Below are positions 1 to 9,873 of a DNA stretch of 64,000 nucleotides, one piece after another. The notes under the pieces are model-generated. The model ran no database searches. It worked only from the letters and a program-made list of their open reading frames with translations, and was not told the DNA's origin. The stretch spans positions 132,506 to 196,505 of the forward strand of contig CAWAUD010000007.1 in NCBI GenBank assembly GCA_963785085.1, given 5' to 3'. Position 1 is the first letter of the stretch. Every line of letters begins with the position of its first letter. This DNA comes from an uncultured Solirubrobacterales bacterium. Lineage in GTDB: Bacteria > Actinomycetota > Thermoleophilia > Solirubrobacterales > JBBDJG01. Position numbers and translations under genes: made by a program.

Positions 1-21
1 TGCGCGCGGTTCCCGAAAGGA

Positions 22-147
22 GCAGGTAGGGAGGCGGTCCTTCTCCGTGCGTCCGCGGTGCGTTTCCACGCGCACCGTTCCGCCCGCGTCACTGATCGGC
101 GGGGCGCCAGGGGGTGCGCAATGTTTTGCCACCTATACGGTGGCGAA
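22..147 (+). other. Leader-like module, copy A: GCAGGTAGGGAGG box, 12-nt spacer, GTG47, conserved sORF head, hairpin with TATAC loop (126-147)
   Basis: nt 22-94 align by eye to 38021-38083 and to the reverse complement of 61425-61475. Hairpin TTGCCACC/TATAC/GGTGGCGAA lies about 90 nt after the start codon, as in the other copies. Confidence 0.35.
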
Positions 148-442
148 CTTCGCTCACGTCTCGCCACTACGGGACGTCTCGACTTTCGGCGGTCGGGCGA
201 ATCGCAACGAGAGACGCGACGAATCGCGCGACTCCAACGCCGCTCCCCTACATGCCGGTTTTCGTAGCTCGGTTGCGTTGTGGAGTTGGGCTGACTCGGC
301 TTTCCACGCGCCCAAGCTGCATTTTGGGCGCTTTTTGCTTCACTCGGCCCCGGAAGCGTTACACCGCCCCCGCTTATCCTTTGCAGGTCGCTGGCCATGG
401 GCCGGCTTCGCCCCTGCTCGTCTCAGAACCGGAAAGTCCAAC

Positions 443-2572
443 TTGGCCAAGGACACAGAGAAGCTCATCCGCCAGCTGTCGCTGATCTCATTCCTGATGG
501 CGGAACGGCGCCCCGTTTCGGCGCTCGAGATCAAGCAGGATGTCGAGGGCTACAGCGAGATGAACGACGACGCTTTCGCTCGGCGCTTCTACGCCGACCG
601 CGCGGAGCTGGAGGCGCTCGGCATCTCGCTCAAGGTCGAGAAGCCGCCGGAGGGCTACTTCGAGGCCGAGCTGTACACGCTGCCGCCGGAGAACTTCTAT
701 CTGCCGCCGATCGAGTTCTCGGACGGCGAGCTGGCCGCGCTCCAGACTTCGCTCGCCCTGCTTGACGGGCGCTTCGCCTACGCCGAGCCGCTGCGGCTCG
801 CTCTGCAACAGCTTTCCTGGGGCCGTCCCAGTCCGCTGGGCGCGGCCGAGCAGCGCTCCGTTGCCGTGGCCGTCACGGCGTCCGCCGGCGGGCGCGAGCT
901 CTCGCAACGGCTGTCCAAGGTCGAGACGGCGATCTCGCGCCGCAAGACGATCGAGTTCTCCTACTACTCGATCGAGCGCGACGAGGTCTCTCGCCGCAAG
1001 GTCGATCCCTACCACCTGCTCTACCAGGGCGGCCAGTTCTACCTCGTCGGGCTGGCACACGAGCGCGAGGACCTGCGCGTCTTCCGGCTCTCCCGGATCC
1101 GGGAGAAGATCTCCTACGCGACCAAGGCCGAGCACGACTTCAACACGCCGGAGGACTTCGATCCCTGGCGCTACGCGCACCGCGCCGACTGGCAGCTCGG
1201 CGATCCCGAGGGAACGGCCGAGGTCTGGATCTCCGACCGCATCGCCTGGCTGGTCGAGCGCGACTTCGGACGCTACGGCACCGCGCAGAAGGTGAAGAAC
1301 TCGCGGAACAAGTGGCGCGCCGGCTCTCGGCGCGTGCCCGGTCCCGGCGTCGTCTTCACGACCGAGTACGCGCAGCCGCGCCAGCTCGCCGCCTGGGTCC
1401 TCGGCATGGGCGAGAACGCGCGCGTCCTGTCCCCCGCCGAGGTCGTCGACGAGGCCGCGGAGCGCCTTGCCACCATCGTCGAGCGCCACGAGGGCGAGCC
1501 GGACTTCGTCGCCGCCCGGTCGCGGAAGCGCACCCCGGTCGCCGACAGCGGCCGCAACGGCGGCGGGGACTACGCCAACGGAGTGGGAGGCGACACCCCC
1601 ATCCGGCCCGAGCGCTTCGCACGGCTGGTCGCGCTGGCGGGCATCCTGATCCAGTCGGCCCGCGCCGGCGGGCGGCCGAAGCTCAGCGAGGTGTGCGAGC
1701 GGCTCCAGATCGACGAGCAGGAGCTGCGTGACGACGTCGACGTCCTGAACGTCGTCAACTTCGGCGGCGGCAGCTACGTGCTCTACGCGGAGGTCCAGGG
1801 CGACGAGATCGACGTCGACCCCGAGCCCTACAGCGACAACTTCGCGCGCCCGGCGCGCCTGCTGCCGCTCGAGGCCAAGGCGCTGGTGGCCGCGATCGAC
1901 CTGCTCGGCGACCACCTGCCCGAGGGCAGCCTCGCCTCCGCCCGCGGCAAGATCATCGAGGCGCTGGGCGAGGACCCCGCACAGGAGGGCCTGCAGATCG
2001 CCCACACCACCAAGGACGACTCGGGTGTCGCGGCGACGATCAACGAGGGGATCTCCTCACGCCGCCTGCTGACGCTCGACTACTACAAGGAGAACGAGGA
2101 CGAGTTCACCAAGCGCACGGTCGAGCCATATGCGCTGATGAACGGGCGCGAGGGCTGGTACCTGTTCAGCTACGACCTCGAGCGCGACGACACGCGTCAC
2201 TTCCGCCTCGACCGGATCCGCGACGTGCGGGTCTCCGACCGCGAGTTCGAGCCGCGGCCCGAGATCGACCCGACGGCGGACCTGGAAGGCTGGCCCGTCA
2301 CGGGCGCGGTGCCCTCATCACGGGTCGCGCGCGTCTGGATCGCCCCCGAGCGCGCCCGCTGGGAGCGCGAGCGCCGCTCGATCGTCGGGGAGCTGGAGGA
2401 CGGCGCCTTGATCGCCGAGCTGCCCTTCGCCGGTGTCGAGTGGCTGGTCCGCGAGGTGCTGCGGGAGGCCGGCGACGCGGCCGTGCTGGAGCCCGACGAC
2501 GCCCGCGAGGCCGTGCTCGAGCGAGCCCGCCAGCTGACCGACAAGCGCCCGCGGGCGAAAGCCGCCGCCTAG
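443..2572 (+). CDS. PafBC-like transcriptional regulator with two tandem HTH-WYL halves in one polypeptide
   Basis: Part of ORF 47..2572. First wHTH 'KLIRQLSLISFLMAERRPVSALEIKQDVEGY' with WYL-type core 'VDPYHLLYQGGQFYLVG'. Second wHTH 'RFARLVALAGILIQSARAGGRPKLSEVCERLQI' with 'VEPYALMNGREGWYLFS'. Start placed at in-frame TTG 443 just before the first HTH; ATG 497 would truncate the HTH. Confidence 0.75.
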   Translation: MAKDTEKLIRQLSLISFLMAERRPVSALEIKQDVEGYSEMNDDAFARRFYADRAELEALGISLKVEKPPEGYFEAELYTLPPENFYLPPIEFSDGELAALQTSLALLDGRFAYAEPLRLALQQLSWGRPSPLGAAEQRSVAVAVTASAGGRELSQRLSKVETAISRRKTIEFSYYSIERDEVSRRKVDPYHLLYQGGQFYLVGLAHEREDLRVFRLSRIREKISYATKAEHDFNTPEDFDPWRYAHRADWQLGDPEGTAEVWISDRIAWLVERDFGRYGTAQKVKNSRNKWRAGSRRVPGPGVVFTTEYAQPRQLAAWVLGMGENARVLSPAEVVDEAAERLATIVERHEGEPDFVAARSRKRTPVADSGRNGGGDYANGVGGDTPIRPERFARLVALAGILIQSARAGGRPKLSEVCERLQIDEQELRDDVDVLNVVNFGGGSYVLYAEVQGDEIDVDPEPYSDNFARPARLLPLEAKALVAAIDLLGDHLPEGSLASARGKIIEALGEDPAQEGLQIAHTTKDDSGVAATINEGISSRRLLTLDYYKENEDEFTKRTVEPYALMNGREGWYLFSYDLERDDTRHFRLDRIRDVRVSDREFEPRPEIDPTADLEGWPVTGAVPSSRVARVWIAPERARWERERRSIVGELEDGALIAELPFAGVEWLVREVLREAGDAAVLEPDDAREAVLERARQLTDKRPRAKAAA

Positions 2573-2595
2573 CCTCTCTGAGACAATCGGGCCGT

Positions 2596-5014
2596 ATGGG
2601 TCCGGCGCTCGGGAAGAGCTTGTTGCGGGGAGCGCTCCCCACCGCGCTGCTGGGCGCGGCGGCCGCCGGTTGGTACCAGTTCCTCAAGCGGCCATTACCC
2701 AAGACGTCGGGCCGGCTGTTCGTCTCGGGCCTGGAATCGACCGTCGACGTGCTGCGCGACCGCTACGGCGTTCCCCACATCCGGGCGCGCAGCGAGGCGG
2801 ACATGATCTTCGCGCTCGGCTTCTGCCACGGGCAGGACCGGCTGTGGCAGCTGGAGTTCTTCCGGCGCGCCACCTCGGGGCGGCTCTCCGAGTTCGCGGG
2901 GAAGCAGACGCTGGACGCCGACCGCGCGATGCGCACGCTCGGCATGCGCAGGGCAGCGGAGCGCGAGGCGGGCAGCATCTCGCCCCGGCTGCGGGACCAG
3001 CTGGGCGCCTACGCGGCAGGCATCAACGCCGGGGCCGAGAGCGCCCGGGCGCTGCCGCTCGAGTTCCAGCTCCTGCGGATCGGATTCGAGCCCTGGTCGG
3101 TGACCGACCTGCTCGCGTCCGCGAAGCTGCTGGCGTTCGGGCTCTCCACCAACTGGGAGATGGAGCTGCTGCGGGCGGAGCTGATCAAGGCCGCCGGCCC
3201 CGAGCGGGCCGCGAAGCTGGAGCCGCAGTATCCGCGTGGCCACCCGATCGTCACCGCGCCGGGCGTCGGCTTCGCGGGCGAGGGCAACGACCTGATGGCC
3301 CAGATCGCCCGCGTGCGGGAAACGCTCGGCCTGCCGCTTCCCGCGACCGGGTCCAACAACTGGGTCGTCTCGGCCGACCGCACGACCACCGGTGCGCCGC
3401 TGCTCGCCTGCGACCCGCACCTGACGTTCACGATCCCGGACCTCTGGTACGAGGCCGATCTGGTCTGCGACGACTTCCGCGTCCGCGGTGCGACGCTGCC
3501 GACCAGTCCCTATCCCGCCTTCGGGCAGACCGAGCACTGTGCGTGGGGCTTCACGAACGTGATGGCCGACGTGCAGGACCTGTTCGCCGAGCGGCTCGAC
3601 CCGGCCGGCGATGCGCTACGAGTTCGACGGCGGCTGGCGCGACCTCGAGGTGACGCGCGAGGAGATCGGCGTGAAGGGCCGCGCGGCCGAGGTGCTCGAG
3701 GTGCGCACCACGCACCACGGGCCGATCGTCAACGACGTGCTCGGGGCGCCGGCCGACCCGCCGCTGGCCCTCTCGTGGACCGGCCTTCAGCACCCGTGCA
3801 TCTCCGACGCCGGCCACCTGAGCGCGCGGGCGCGCTCCGGCGACGAGCTGGTGGGCGCCATGGCCGAGCATGCGGTGCCTCCGCTCAACATGCTGTGGGC
3901 CGACTCCGCCGGGAACATCGGCTACCAGTGCGCCGGCCGGATCCCGATCCGCCGCGGTGAGTCGCCGGACCTCCCGCGCCCCGGGTGGGACGCCGGCTCC
4001 GAATGGGACGGGACGATCCCCTATGACGAGCTGCCGCGCGTGGTGAACCCCGACTCGGGATACATCGTCACCGCCAACAACCGGATCGTCGACGACGACT
4101 ACCCGCACCACATCACCTCCGAATGGATGACGGGATACCGCGCCCGCCGCATCGAGCAGATGCTCCGCGCCCAGGACCGCCACTCGATCGAGGACTTCGA
4201 GCGGATGCAGCTCGACTTCCTGTCGCTGCCGGGCATCGAGACCGTGCATCGCCTCTCGCGCCTGCAGCCCCGTAGCCAGCGCGCCGTGCGGGCGATCGAG
4301 CGGCTCAAGAGCTGGGACGGGCGGCTTGACTCCGAGACCGTGGCCGGGACGATCTTCCATGCCTTCACGATCCGGTTCGCGCGCGCGGTCGTGACCGCCG
4401 CCGTCGACGATCCGCGCCTGATCGACCTCTACCTCAACAAGTCCGCGGTCGGCCTGCTCGACGTGGTGTCCTCGCCGTGGCGCTTCCAGGAGCGGCTGAT
4501 CGCGCTCTGGGACGAAGGCGACCGCACGTGGTTCGCCTCCGCACAGCATCCGGAGGGCCGGTCCTGGGACGACGTCGCGCTGGAGTCCCTGGAGGCCGGC
4601 CTCGACCTGCTCGAGCAGACCTTTGGCCGCGACCCCGGCCGCTGGCGCTGGGGGCAGGTGCACGAGATCGAGTTCTCGCACCCGCTGGGAACCGCGAACG
4701 AGCTATTGCGCAGGGTCTTCAACCGCCGGACGCCAGGGGCGGGCGCCAGCGAGACCGTCACGCAGGTCGGGTACGCCCCGACGGAGCCCTTCCGCGGCGA
4801 GTGGGGGCCCGTCTACCGGATGATCGCCGACCTCGGAGACCAGCGCCGTTCGCGGTGGCAGCTGACCACCGGCCAGTCCGGCCACCCCGGCTCGAAGCAC
4901 TACGACGACATGATCGACGCCTGGCGGCAGGGCACGACCAACCCCGTGCTGATGGAAGAGCAAGACGTCCGCGCCGCCGGCGGCGCCCGCCACCTGCGGC
5001 TCGACCACGACTGA
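2596..5014 (+). pseudogene. Penicillin amidase / acyl-homoserine-lactone acylase family Ntn hydrolase; frame break near 3605
   Basis: ORF frames 2440..3960 and 3611..5014 read as one protein of about 805 aa. It has an N-terminal TM/signal, 'VPHIRA..GFCHGQDRLWQLEF' and the nucleophile motif 'TGSNNWVV'. Span length is 1 mod 3. Confidence 0.8.
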
Positions 5015-5029
5015 GAAGGAGGCTCCCGG

Positions 5030-5497
5030 GTGGCAAGCAAGCGCGACCAGATCAAGATGACCGACGCCGAGATCGCCGAGTTCCTCGGCCACGAGCGCGT
5101 TGCCACCGTCAGCTCCAACGGCCTCGACGGCTGGCCGCACGTGACCGCGCTCTGGTACGTGATGCGCGACTCCGAGCCTTGGTCCTGGACGTACGCGAAG
5201 TCCCAGAAGGTCAAGAACCTCGAGCGGGACGATCGCGTCACCGTGCTGGTCGAGAGCGGCCACCAGTACAACGAGCTGCGCGGCGTGATGATCAAGGCGC
5301 GCGCGGAGCTGCACCGCGACGTCGACGACGTCGCCCCGCTCGGCGAGGAGATCTTCGCGAAGTACCAGGGCGGCCACGAGATCGACGAGACGGGCCGCGA
5401 GGCGCTCCGCGCTCAGGCGGCCAAGCGCGTCGGGATCCACTTTCGCGTCGAGGAGATCGTGACCTGGGACCACTCCAAGCTCGGCGGCGTGTACTAG
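5030..5497 (+). CDS. Pyridoxamine 5'-phosphate oxidase-family (PPOX class, probably F420-dependent) protein
   Basis: 155-aa ORF. 'ERVATVSSNGLDGWPHVTALWYV...DDRVTVLVESG..ELRGVMIKARAEL' matches the split-barrel PPOX pattern. High GC3. Confidence 0.7.
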   Translation: MASKRDQIKMTDAEIAEFLGHERVATVSSNGLDGWPHVTALWYVMRDSEPWSWTYAKSQKVKNLERDDRVTVLVESGHQYNELRGVMIKARAELHRDVDDVAPLGEEIFAKYQGGHEIDETGREALRAQAAKRVGIHFRVEEIVTWDHSKLGGVY

Positions 5498-5545
5498 ATC
5501 GCGTATCTGGCCGCTCGGGCCAGGTCTCTAGATAGGCTTGCGCCT

Positions 5546-6619
5546 GTGAAGCAGCTCAAGGGCCTTGTCCTCTCGGGCGGGCGCGGCACTCGCCTGCGCC
5601 CGCTTACGCATACCAGCGCGAAGCAGCTGGTCCCGGTCGCGAACAAGCCGGTCCTGTTCTACGGGCTGGAGGCGATGGCCGGCGCCGGGATCGTGGAGGT
5701 CGGCATCATCATCGCGCCGGAGACCGGTGACGACATCCGGGACGCCGCCGGCGACGGCTCGCAGTTCGGCCTGGAAATCACCTATATCGAGCAGGACGAG
5801 CCGCGCGGGCTCGCGCACGCCGTCCTGACCGCGGAGCCCTACCTCGAGGGCTCGCCGTTCGTGATGTACCTCGGCGACAACCTGCTCAAGGACGGAATCG
5901 CGGACCTCGTGGAGGCCTTTCGCCGCAGCGCGCCGGACGCCCTGATCCTGCTGACCGCGGTTCCGGACCCGGAGAACTACGGCGTCGCTGAGCTGGACGG
6001 GGAGCGCATCGTGCGGCTGATCGAGAAGCCCACCGAGCCGCCTTCGAACCTCGCGCTGGTCGGCGTCTACATGTTCAACCCCGTGATCTTCGACGCGGCG
6101 CGCAGCATCGAGCCTTCCTGGCGCGACGAGCTGGAGATCACCGACGCCATCCAAATGCTGATCGATCGGGGGCTGCGGGTCGAGTCCCACACCGTCACCG
6201 GCTGGTGGAAGGACACCGGGCAGGTCGAGGACCTGCTGGAGGCCAACCGCCTGATCCTCGAGGACCTGGAGCCAGTCGAGGACGGCAAGCTGGTCGAGTC
6301 GCGCATCGAGGGCCGCGTCTCGATCGGGAAGGGAGCGGTCCTGGAGCGCTCGACCGTCCGCGGGCCGGCGATCATCGGCCCGGGCACCCGCATCGTGGAT
6401 TCCTACGTCGGGCCGTACTCGGCGATCGGCTCCGAGGTGCTGATCGAGCGGTCCGAGGTCGAGCACTCCATCGTGCTCGGGGGATCGCGCATCTCAGATC
6501 TCGCGGACCGGATGGAGGCCAGCCTGATCGGCCGCGACGTGGTGGTCGAGCGGACCAACTCGCGCCCGCGCGCCTATCGCTTCGTGGTCGGCGACCACTC
6601 GGAGATCAAGATCCATTGA
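5546..6619 (+). CDS. rmlA: Glucose-1-phosphate thymidylyltransferase (long form)
   Basis: 'LVLSGGRGTRLRPLTHTSAKQLVPVANKPVLFY' nucleotidyltransferase motif plus a C-terminal left-handed beta-helix region. First gene of the rml cluster. Confidence 0.9.
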   Translation: MKQLKGLVLSGGRGTRLRPLTHTSAKQLVPVANKPVLFYGLEAMAGAGIVEVGIIIAPETGDDIRDAAGDGSQFGLEITYIEQDEPRGLAHAVLTAEPYLEGSPFVMYLGDNLLKDGIADLVEAFRRSAPDALILLTAVPDPENYGVAELDGERIVRLIEKPTEPPSNLALVGVYMFNPVIFDAARSIEPSWRDELEITDAIQMLIDRGLRVESHTVTGWWKDTGQVEDLLEANRLILEDLEPVEDGKLVESRIEGRVSIGKGAVLERSTVRGPAIIGPGTRIVDSYVGPYSAIGSEVLIERSEVEHSIVLGGSRISDLADRMEASLIGRDVVVERTNSRPRAYRFVVGDHSEIKIH

Positions 6620-6629
6620 AGGTCCCGGA

Positions 6630-7480
6630 TTGAAGGTCCTGGTCACCGGGGCGGCCGGCATGCTCGGCAGCGACGTCATGCGGGTCGGCGAGGAGGCGGG
6701 CCACGAGATGACCGGCTTCGCGCGGTCGGAGCTCGACATCGCTGACGCGACCGGCGGTCGGCGAGGCGCTCGCCGAAGTAGGGCCCGGCGCGGTGATCAA
6801 CTGCGCCGCGTGGACCGACGTGGACGGCGCCGAGGACCACCCCGACGAGGCGCTCGCGGTGAACGGAGCCGGCGCCGGGAACGTCGCCGCCGCGGCCGCG
6901 CGCGTCCAGGCGATGGTGATCCATCCATCGACCGACTACGTCTTCGACGGCTCCCGGGCGGAGGGCTACGTCGAGTCCGACGCGGTCGGGCCGCTGTCGT
7001 CCTATGGGCGCTCGAAGCTCGAGGGCGAGCGCCAGGTGGCCGCCGCCAACGAGCACCACTTCATCGTCCGCTCGTCGTGGCTGTTCGGCATCGCCGGACG
7101 CAACTTCGTGGACACCATGCTGCGCCTGTCGGAGGACATGGAGCAGGTCGTGGTGGTCCGCGACCAGATCGGATGCCCGACGTACACCGGGCACCTGGCC
7201 GAGGGCCTCGTGCGGCTGCTCGACGGCGAGTTCTACGGGATCCACCACATGGCCGGCGGCGGGCGCTGCTCCTGGTACGAGTTCGCGGTCGAGATCTTCA
7301 AGCAGGCGGGCTCGAGCTGCCAGGTGATGTCTTCCACGAGCGACATGCTCGACCGCAAGGCGCCGCGCCCGCCGTTCTCGGTGCTGGTGAGCGAGCGCGA
7401 CGCATCCGATCGAGCTGCCGCCCTGGGAAGAGGGCCTCGCCGCGTATCTCAAGGAAAGGTCGGAGGTGCCCACTTCATGA
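6630..7480 (+). pseudogene. rmlD: dTDP-4-dehydrorhamnose reductase; two frame breaks (about 6745 and 7395)
   Basis: 'MKVLVTGAAGMLGSDV' (frame 6630), then 'VINCAAWTDVDGAED...STDYVFDG..YGRSKLEGE' (frame 6793). A third frame gives 'HPIELPPWEEGLAAYLKERSEVPTS*' ending in TGA 7478-7480, which overlaps the rmlB ATG. Confidence 0.8.
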
Positions 7481-8481
7481 AGGTGCTCGTAACCGGCGGC
7501 GCCGGGTTCATCGGCTCCAACTTCGCCCGCTATCTGCTCGGCGCTCACGACGACGATTCCGTCGTGGTGCTCGACAAGCTGACCTACGCCGGCCGGGTCG
7601 AGACGATCCAGGACCTGATCGACGGCGGGCGCCTGGAGTTCGTCCAGGGCGACATCAGCGATCCCGACGCGGTGCGCGGCGCGCTCGAGGGCTGCGATGC
7701 CGTCGTCAACTTCGCCGCCGAGTCGCACGTCGACCGGTCGATCGAGGAGCCGGGCCACTTCATCCAGACCGACGTCTACGGCACCTACGTGCTGCTCGAG
7801 GAGTCGCGGCGCGCGGGAATCGGCCGCTACCTGCAGGTGTCCACCGACGAGGTCTATGGGTCCATCGACGAGGGCTCCTTCACCGAGCAGAGCCCGCTCG
7901 ACCCTTCCTCCCCCTATTCCGCATCGAAGAGCGGCGGCGACCTGGTCGTGTCCGCCTACCACCACACCTACGGGATGGACGCCGTCGTGTGCCGGGCGTC
8001 GAACAACTACGGGCCTTACCAGTACCCCGAGAAGCTGATTCCGCTCTGCGTCCTGAACGCGCTCCATGGAGACCCGCTGCCGGTCTACGGCGACGGGATG
8101 CAGGTGCGCAACTGGCTCCACGTCACCGATCACGCGCGGGCTCTCGATCTCGTGCTGCGCGAGGGGAAGGCCGGCGAGGTCTACAACATCGGCGGGCCCG
8201 ACGAGCTCCCCAACCTCGACGTCGTGCGCCGGATCCTCGAGCTCACCGACCGCGACGAGTCGCTGATCCAGTACGTCACCGACCGGCTCGGCCATGACCG
8301 CCGCTACTCGCTCGGCTCGGAGAAGGTCCGCGCGCTCGGCTGGGAGGCGCAGACGCGATTCGAGGAGGGGCTGGCGGAGACGGTGGCCTGGTACCGCGAC
8401 AACGCCTGGTGGTGGGAGCCGATCCGCTCCGGCGACTACCGCGAGTACTACCAGCGCCAGTACGGCCAACAGCTGCGTTAG
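7477..8481 (+). CDS. rmlB: dTDP-glucose 4,6-dehydratase
   Basis: 'MKVLVTGGAGFIGSNF', 'FAAESHVDRS', 'STDEVYG', 'YSASKSGGD'. 334 aa, start at the ATGA overlap with rmlD. Confidence 0.92.
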   Translation: MKVLVTGGAGFIGSNFARYLLGAHDDDSVVVLDKLTYAGRVETIQDLIDGGRLEFVQGDISDPDAVRGALEGCDAVVNFAAESHVDRSIEEPGHFIQTDVYGTYVLLEESRRAGIGRYLQVSTDEVYGSIDEGSFTEQSPLDPSSPYSASKSGGDLVVSAYHHTYGMDAVVCRASNNYGPYQYPEKLIPLCVLNALHGDPLPVYGDGMQVRNWLHVTDHARALDLVLREGKAGEVYNIGGPDELPNLDVVRRILELTDRDESLIQYVTDRLGHDRRYSLGSEKVRALGWEAQTRFEEGLAETVAWYRDNAWWWEPIRSGDYREYYQRQYGQQLR

Positions 8482-8490
8482 GCATCGACG

Positions 8491-9042
8491 GTGAGCTTCC
8501 GCCGGATCGATACGCGCATCGAGGGCCTCGTGCTGGTCGAGCCCACGGTGCACCGCGACGACCGGGGTTTCTTCGTCGAGACCTTCCGCGCGGCGGACTT
8601 CCCTGAGATGGGAATCGACGGCCCGTTCGTTCAGGAGAATCAGTCGCGCTCGGCTCTGGGGACGATCCGGGCCCTGCACTTCCAGCTCCAGCCCGGGCAG
8701 GCGAAGCTGGTCCGCGCGGCGCGCGGCTCGGTGTACGACGTGGCCGTCGACCTGCGCCGCGACTCCCCCACCTTCGGCGAGCACGAGGCGTTCGATTTGA
8801 CCGACGAGAACTGCCGGCAGCTCTTCGTGCCGGTCGGCTTCGCCCACGGCTTCTGCGTCACGAGCGAGGTGGCCGACGTGACCTACAAGGTGTCGAGCTA
8901 CTACGACGGCGCCCAGGAGCGCGGAATCGCCTGGGACGATCCGGCGATCGGCGTCGAGTGGCCCGTGAGCGAGCCGATCGTCTCGGACCGGGACCGATCG
9001 AACCCACGGCTCGCGGAGATCGCCGGCCAGCTGCCCTGGTGA
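8491..9042 (+). CDS. rmlC: dTDP-4-dehydrorhamnose 3,5-epimerase
   Basis: 'DDRGFFVETF', 'QENQSRS..GTIRALHFQ', 'KLVRAARGSVYDVAVDLR', 'VPVGFAHGF' cupin motifs. Confidence 0.9.
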   Translation: MSFRRIDTRIEGLVLVEPTVHRDDRGFFVETFRAADFPEMGIDGPFVQENQSRSALGTIRALHFQLQPGQAKLVRAARGSVYDVAVDLRRDSPTFGEHEAFDLTDENCRQLFVPVGFAHGFCVTSEVADVTYKVSSYYDGAQERGIAWDDPAIGVEWPVSEPIVSDRDRSNPRLAEIAGQLPW

Positions 9043-9443
9043 CCGAGAACGAGGAGCTCGCGAAGCGCACCTGGGAGGCGTTCAACCGCGGCGACTACGA
9101 GACCGTCCTCGGAAACATGCACCCCGACCTCGAATGGCGGCCGGCGCAGGGCCCAGGGGGAATCGAGGGCCAGGTCTACCGCGGTCGCGACGCCTACAGG
9201 AAGTGGATCTACAACGAGGTGCCCGAGGTGTGGGAGGACTTCCACGCCGAGGAGCTCGAGTACGCAGACATGGGCGACGGGCGCGTGGTCATCACCGGAT
9301 ACATCGCCGGGAAGGGCCGCGGCAGCGGCGCTGAGATTCGCGTCCCTTTCTCGCAGCTCGGATGGACCCGAGACGGGAAGGTGATCCGGCTCGACGGCTT
9401 CATGAGCCGCGAGGGAGCACGGGAGGCGGCCGACCGGCAATAA
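9039..9443 (+). CDS. SnoaL/NTF2-like (ketosteroid-isomerase-fold) protein
   Basis: Tail of ORF 8958..9443. 'NEELAKRTWEAFNRGDYETVLGNMHPDLEW' is a typical SnoaL_2 N-terminus. GTG 9039 overlaps the rmlC stop (GTGA). Confidence 0.55.
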   Translation: MTENEELAKRTWEAFNRGDYETVLGNMHPDLEWRPAQGPGGIEGQVYRGRDAYRKWIYNEVPEVWEDFHAEELEYADMGDGRVVITGYIAGKGRGSGAEIRVPFSQLGWTRDGKVIRLDGFMSREGAREAADRQ

Positions 9444-9466
9444 GTTGCCTATGCAATGCTTAGGCA

Positions 9467-9873
9467 ATGGCCAGGCGCAACACCAAGAACGACCTGACCC
9501 TCGGCGAGGCCGCGACGCGCCCTCGGGGTGAGCGCAGACACGCTGCGGCGCTGGGAGCGAGCGGGCAAGCTTCGCGCCGCGCGTGACGCACAGGGCAGGC
9601 GGCGGGTCTCGCAGGCGGAGATCGAGCGCCTCTCCAAGGGGCCGCGCCGCCACCGCACCGGCGACCGGCTCTCCGCCCGCAACCGGTTCCCGGGCGTCGT
9701 CACCTCGGTGGAGGTGGGCTCGGTGATGGCGCTGGTGGAGATCGAGGCCGGCCCGCACCGGATCAGCGCCGCCGATCACCAAGGACTCCGTCGAGGAGCT
9801 GGGCCTGGCGCCCGGCGTGCAAGCGACGGCCACCGTGAAGGCGACCTCCGTGATGGTGGAGCGGGACAAGTGA
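9467..9873 (+). pseudogene. MerR-type HTH plus Mop/TOBE (molybdate-binding) regulator; two frame breaks (about 9520 and 9775)
   Basis: ATG 9467 'MARRNTKNDLTLGEAATR', then 'LGVSADTLRRWERAGKLRAARDAQGRRRVSQAEI' (frame 9528). Then 'LSARNRFPGVVTSVEVGSVMALVEIEAG', and a third frame gives '..SVEELGLAPGVQATATVKATSVMVERDK*'. An extra C in the run at 9520-9522 explains the first break. Confidence 0.65.

Noticed and set aside
430-441. GGAAAGTCC, the universal RNase P RNA motif
   Set aside because: It is an isolated 9-mer at the regulator start with none of the surrounding P4 or CR-I/CR-V context (GAGGAAAGUCCGGGC). This looks like coincidence.
47-442. 132-codon N-terminal extension of the PafBC-like regulator from GTG 47
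   Set aside because: The extension has poor GC3, no domain, and an odd composition. Its stop-free state depends on a single missing C relative to the other two module copies. The HTH begins right after TTG 443. It is kept only as a note in the findings.
1-442. PafBC-type (RecA-NDp, TGTCGGTG-N8-TAnnnT) promoter motif near the regulator or elsewhere in non-coding regions
   Set aside because: No convincing match was seen by eye. The nearest candidate (TGTCGGGG at about 38183) has the wrong spacing to any TAnnnT.
6676-8847. 723-aa minus-strand ORF across the rml genes. Similar shadows occur at 488..2005, 35604..37844, 39028..41121 and 27424..28362.
   Set aside because: The same reasoning applies: the opposite strand carries unmistakable rmlD, rmlB and rmlC (or PafBC-like, gdh, NHL, cyclase) motifs, and these ORFs show no motifs.
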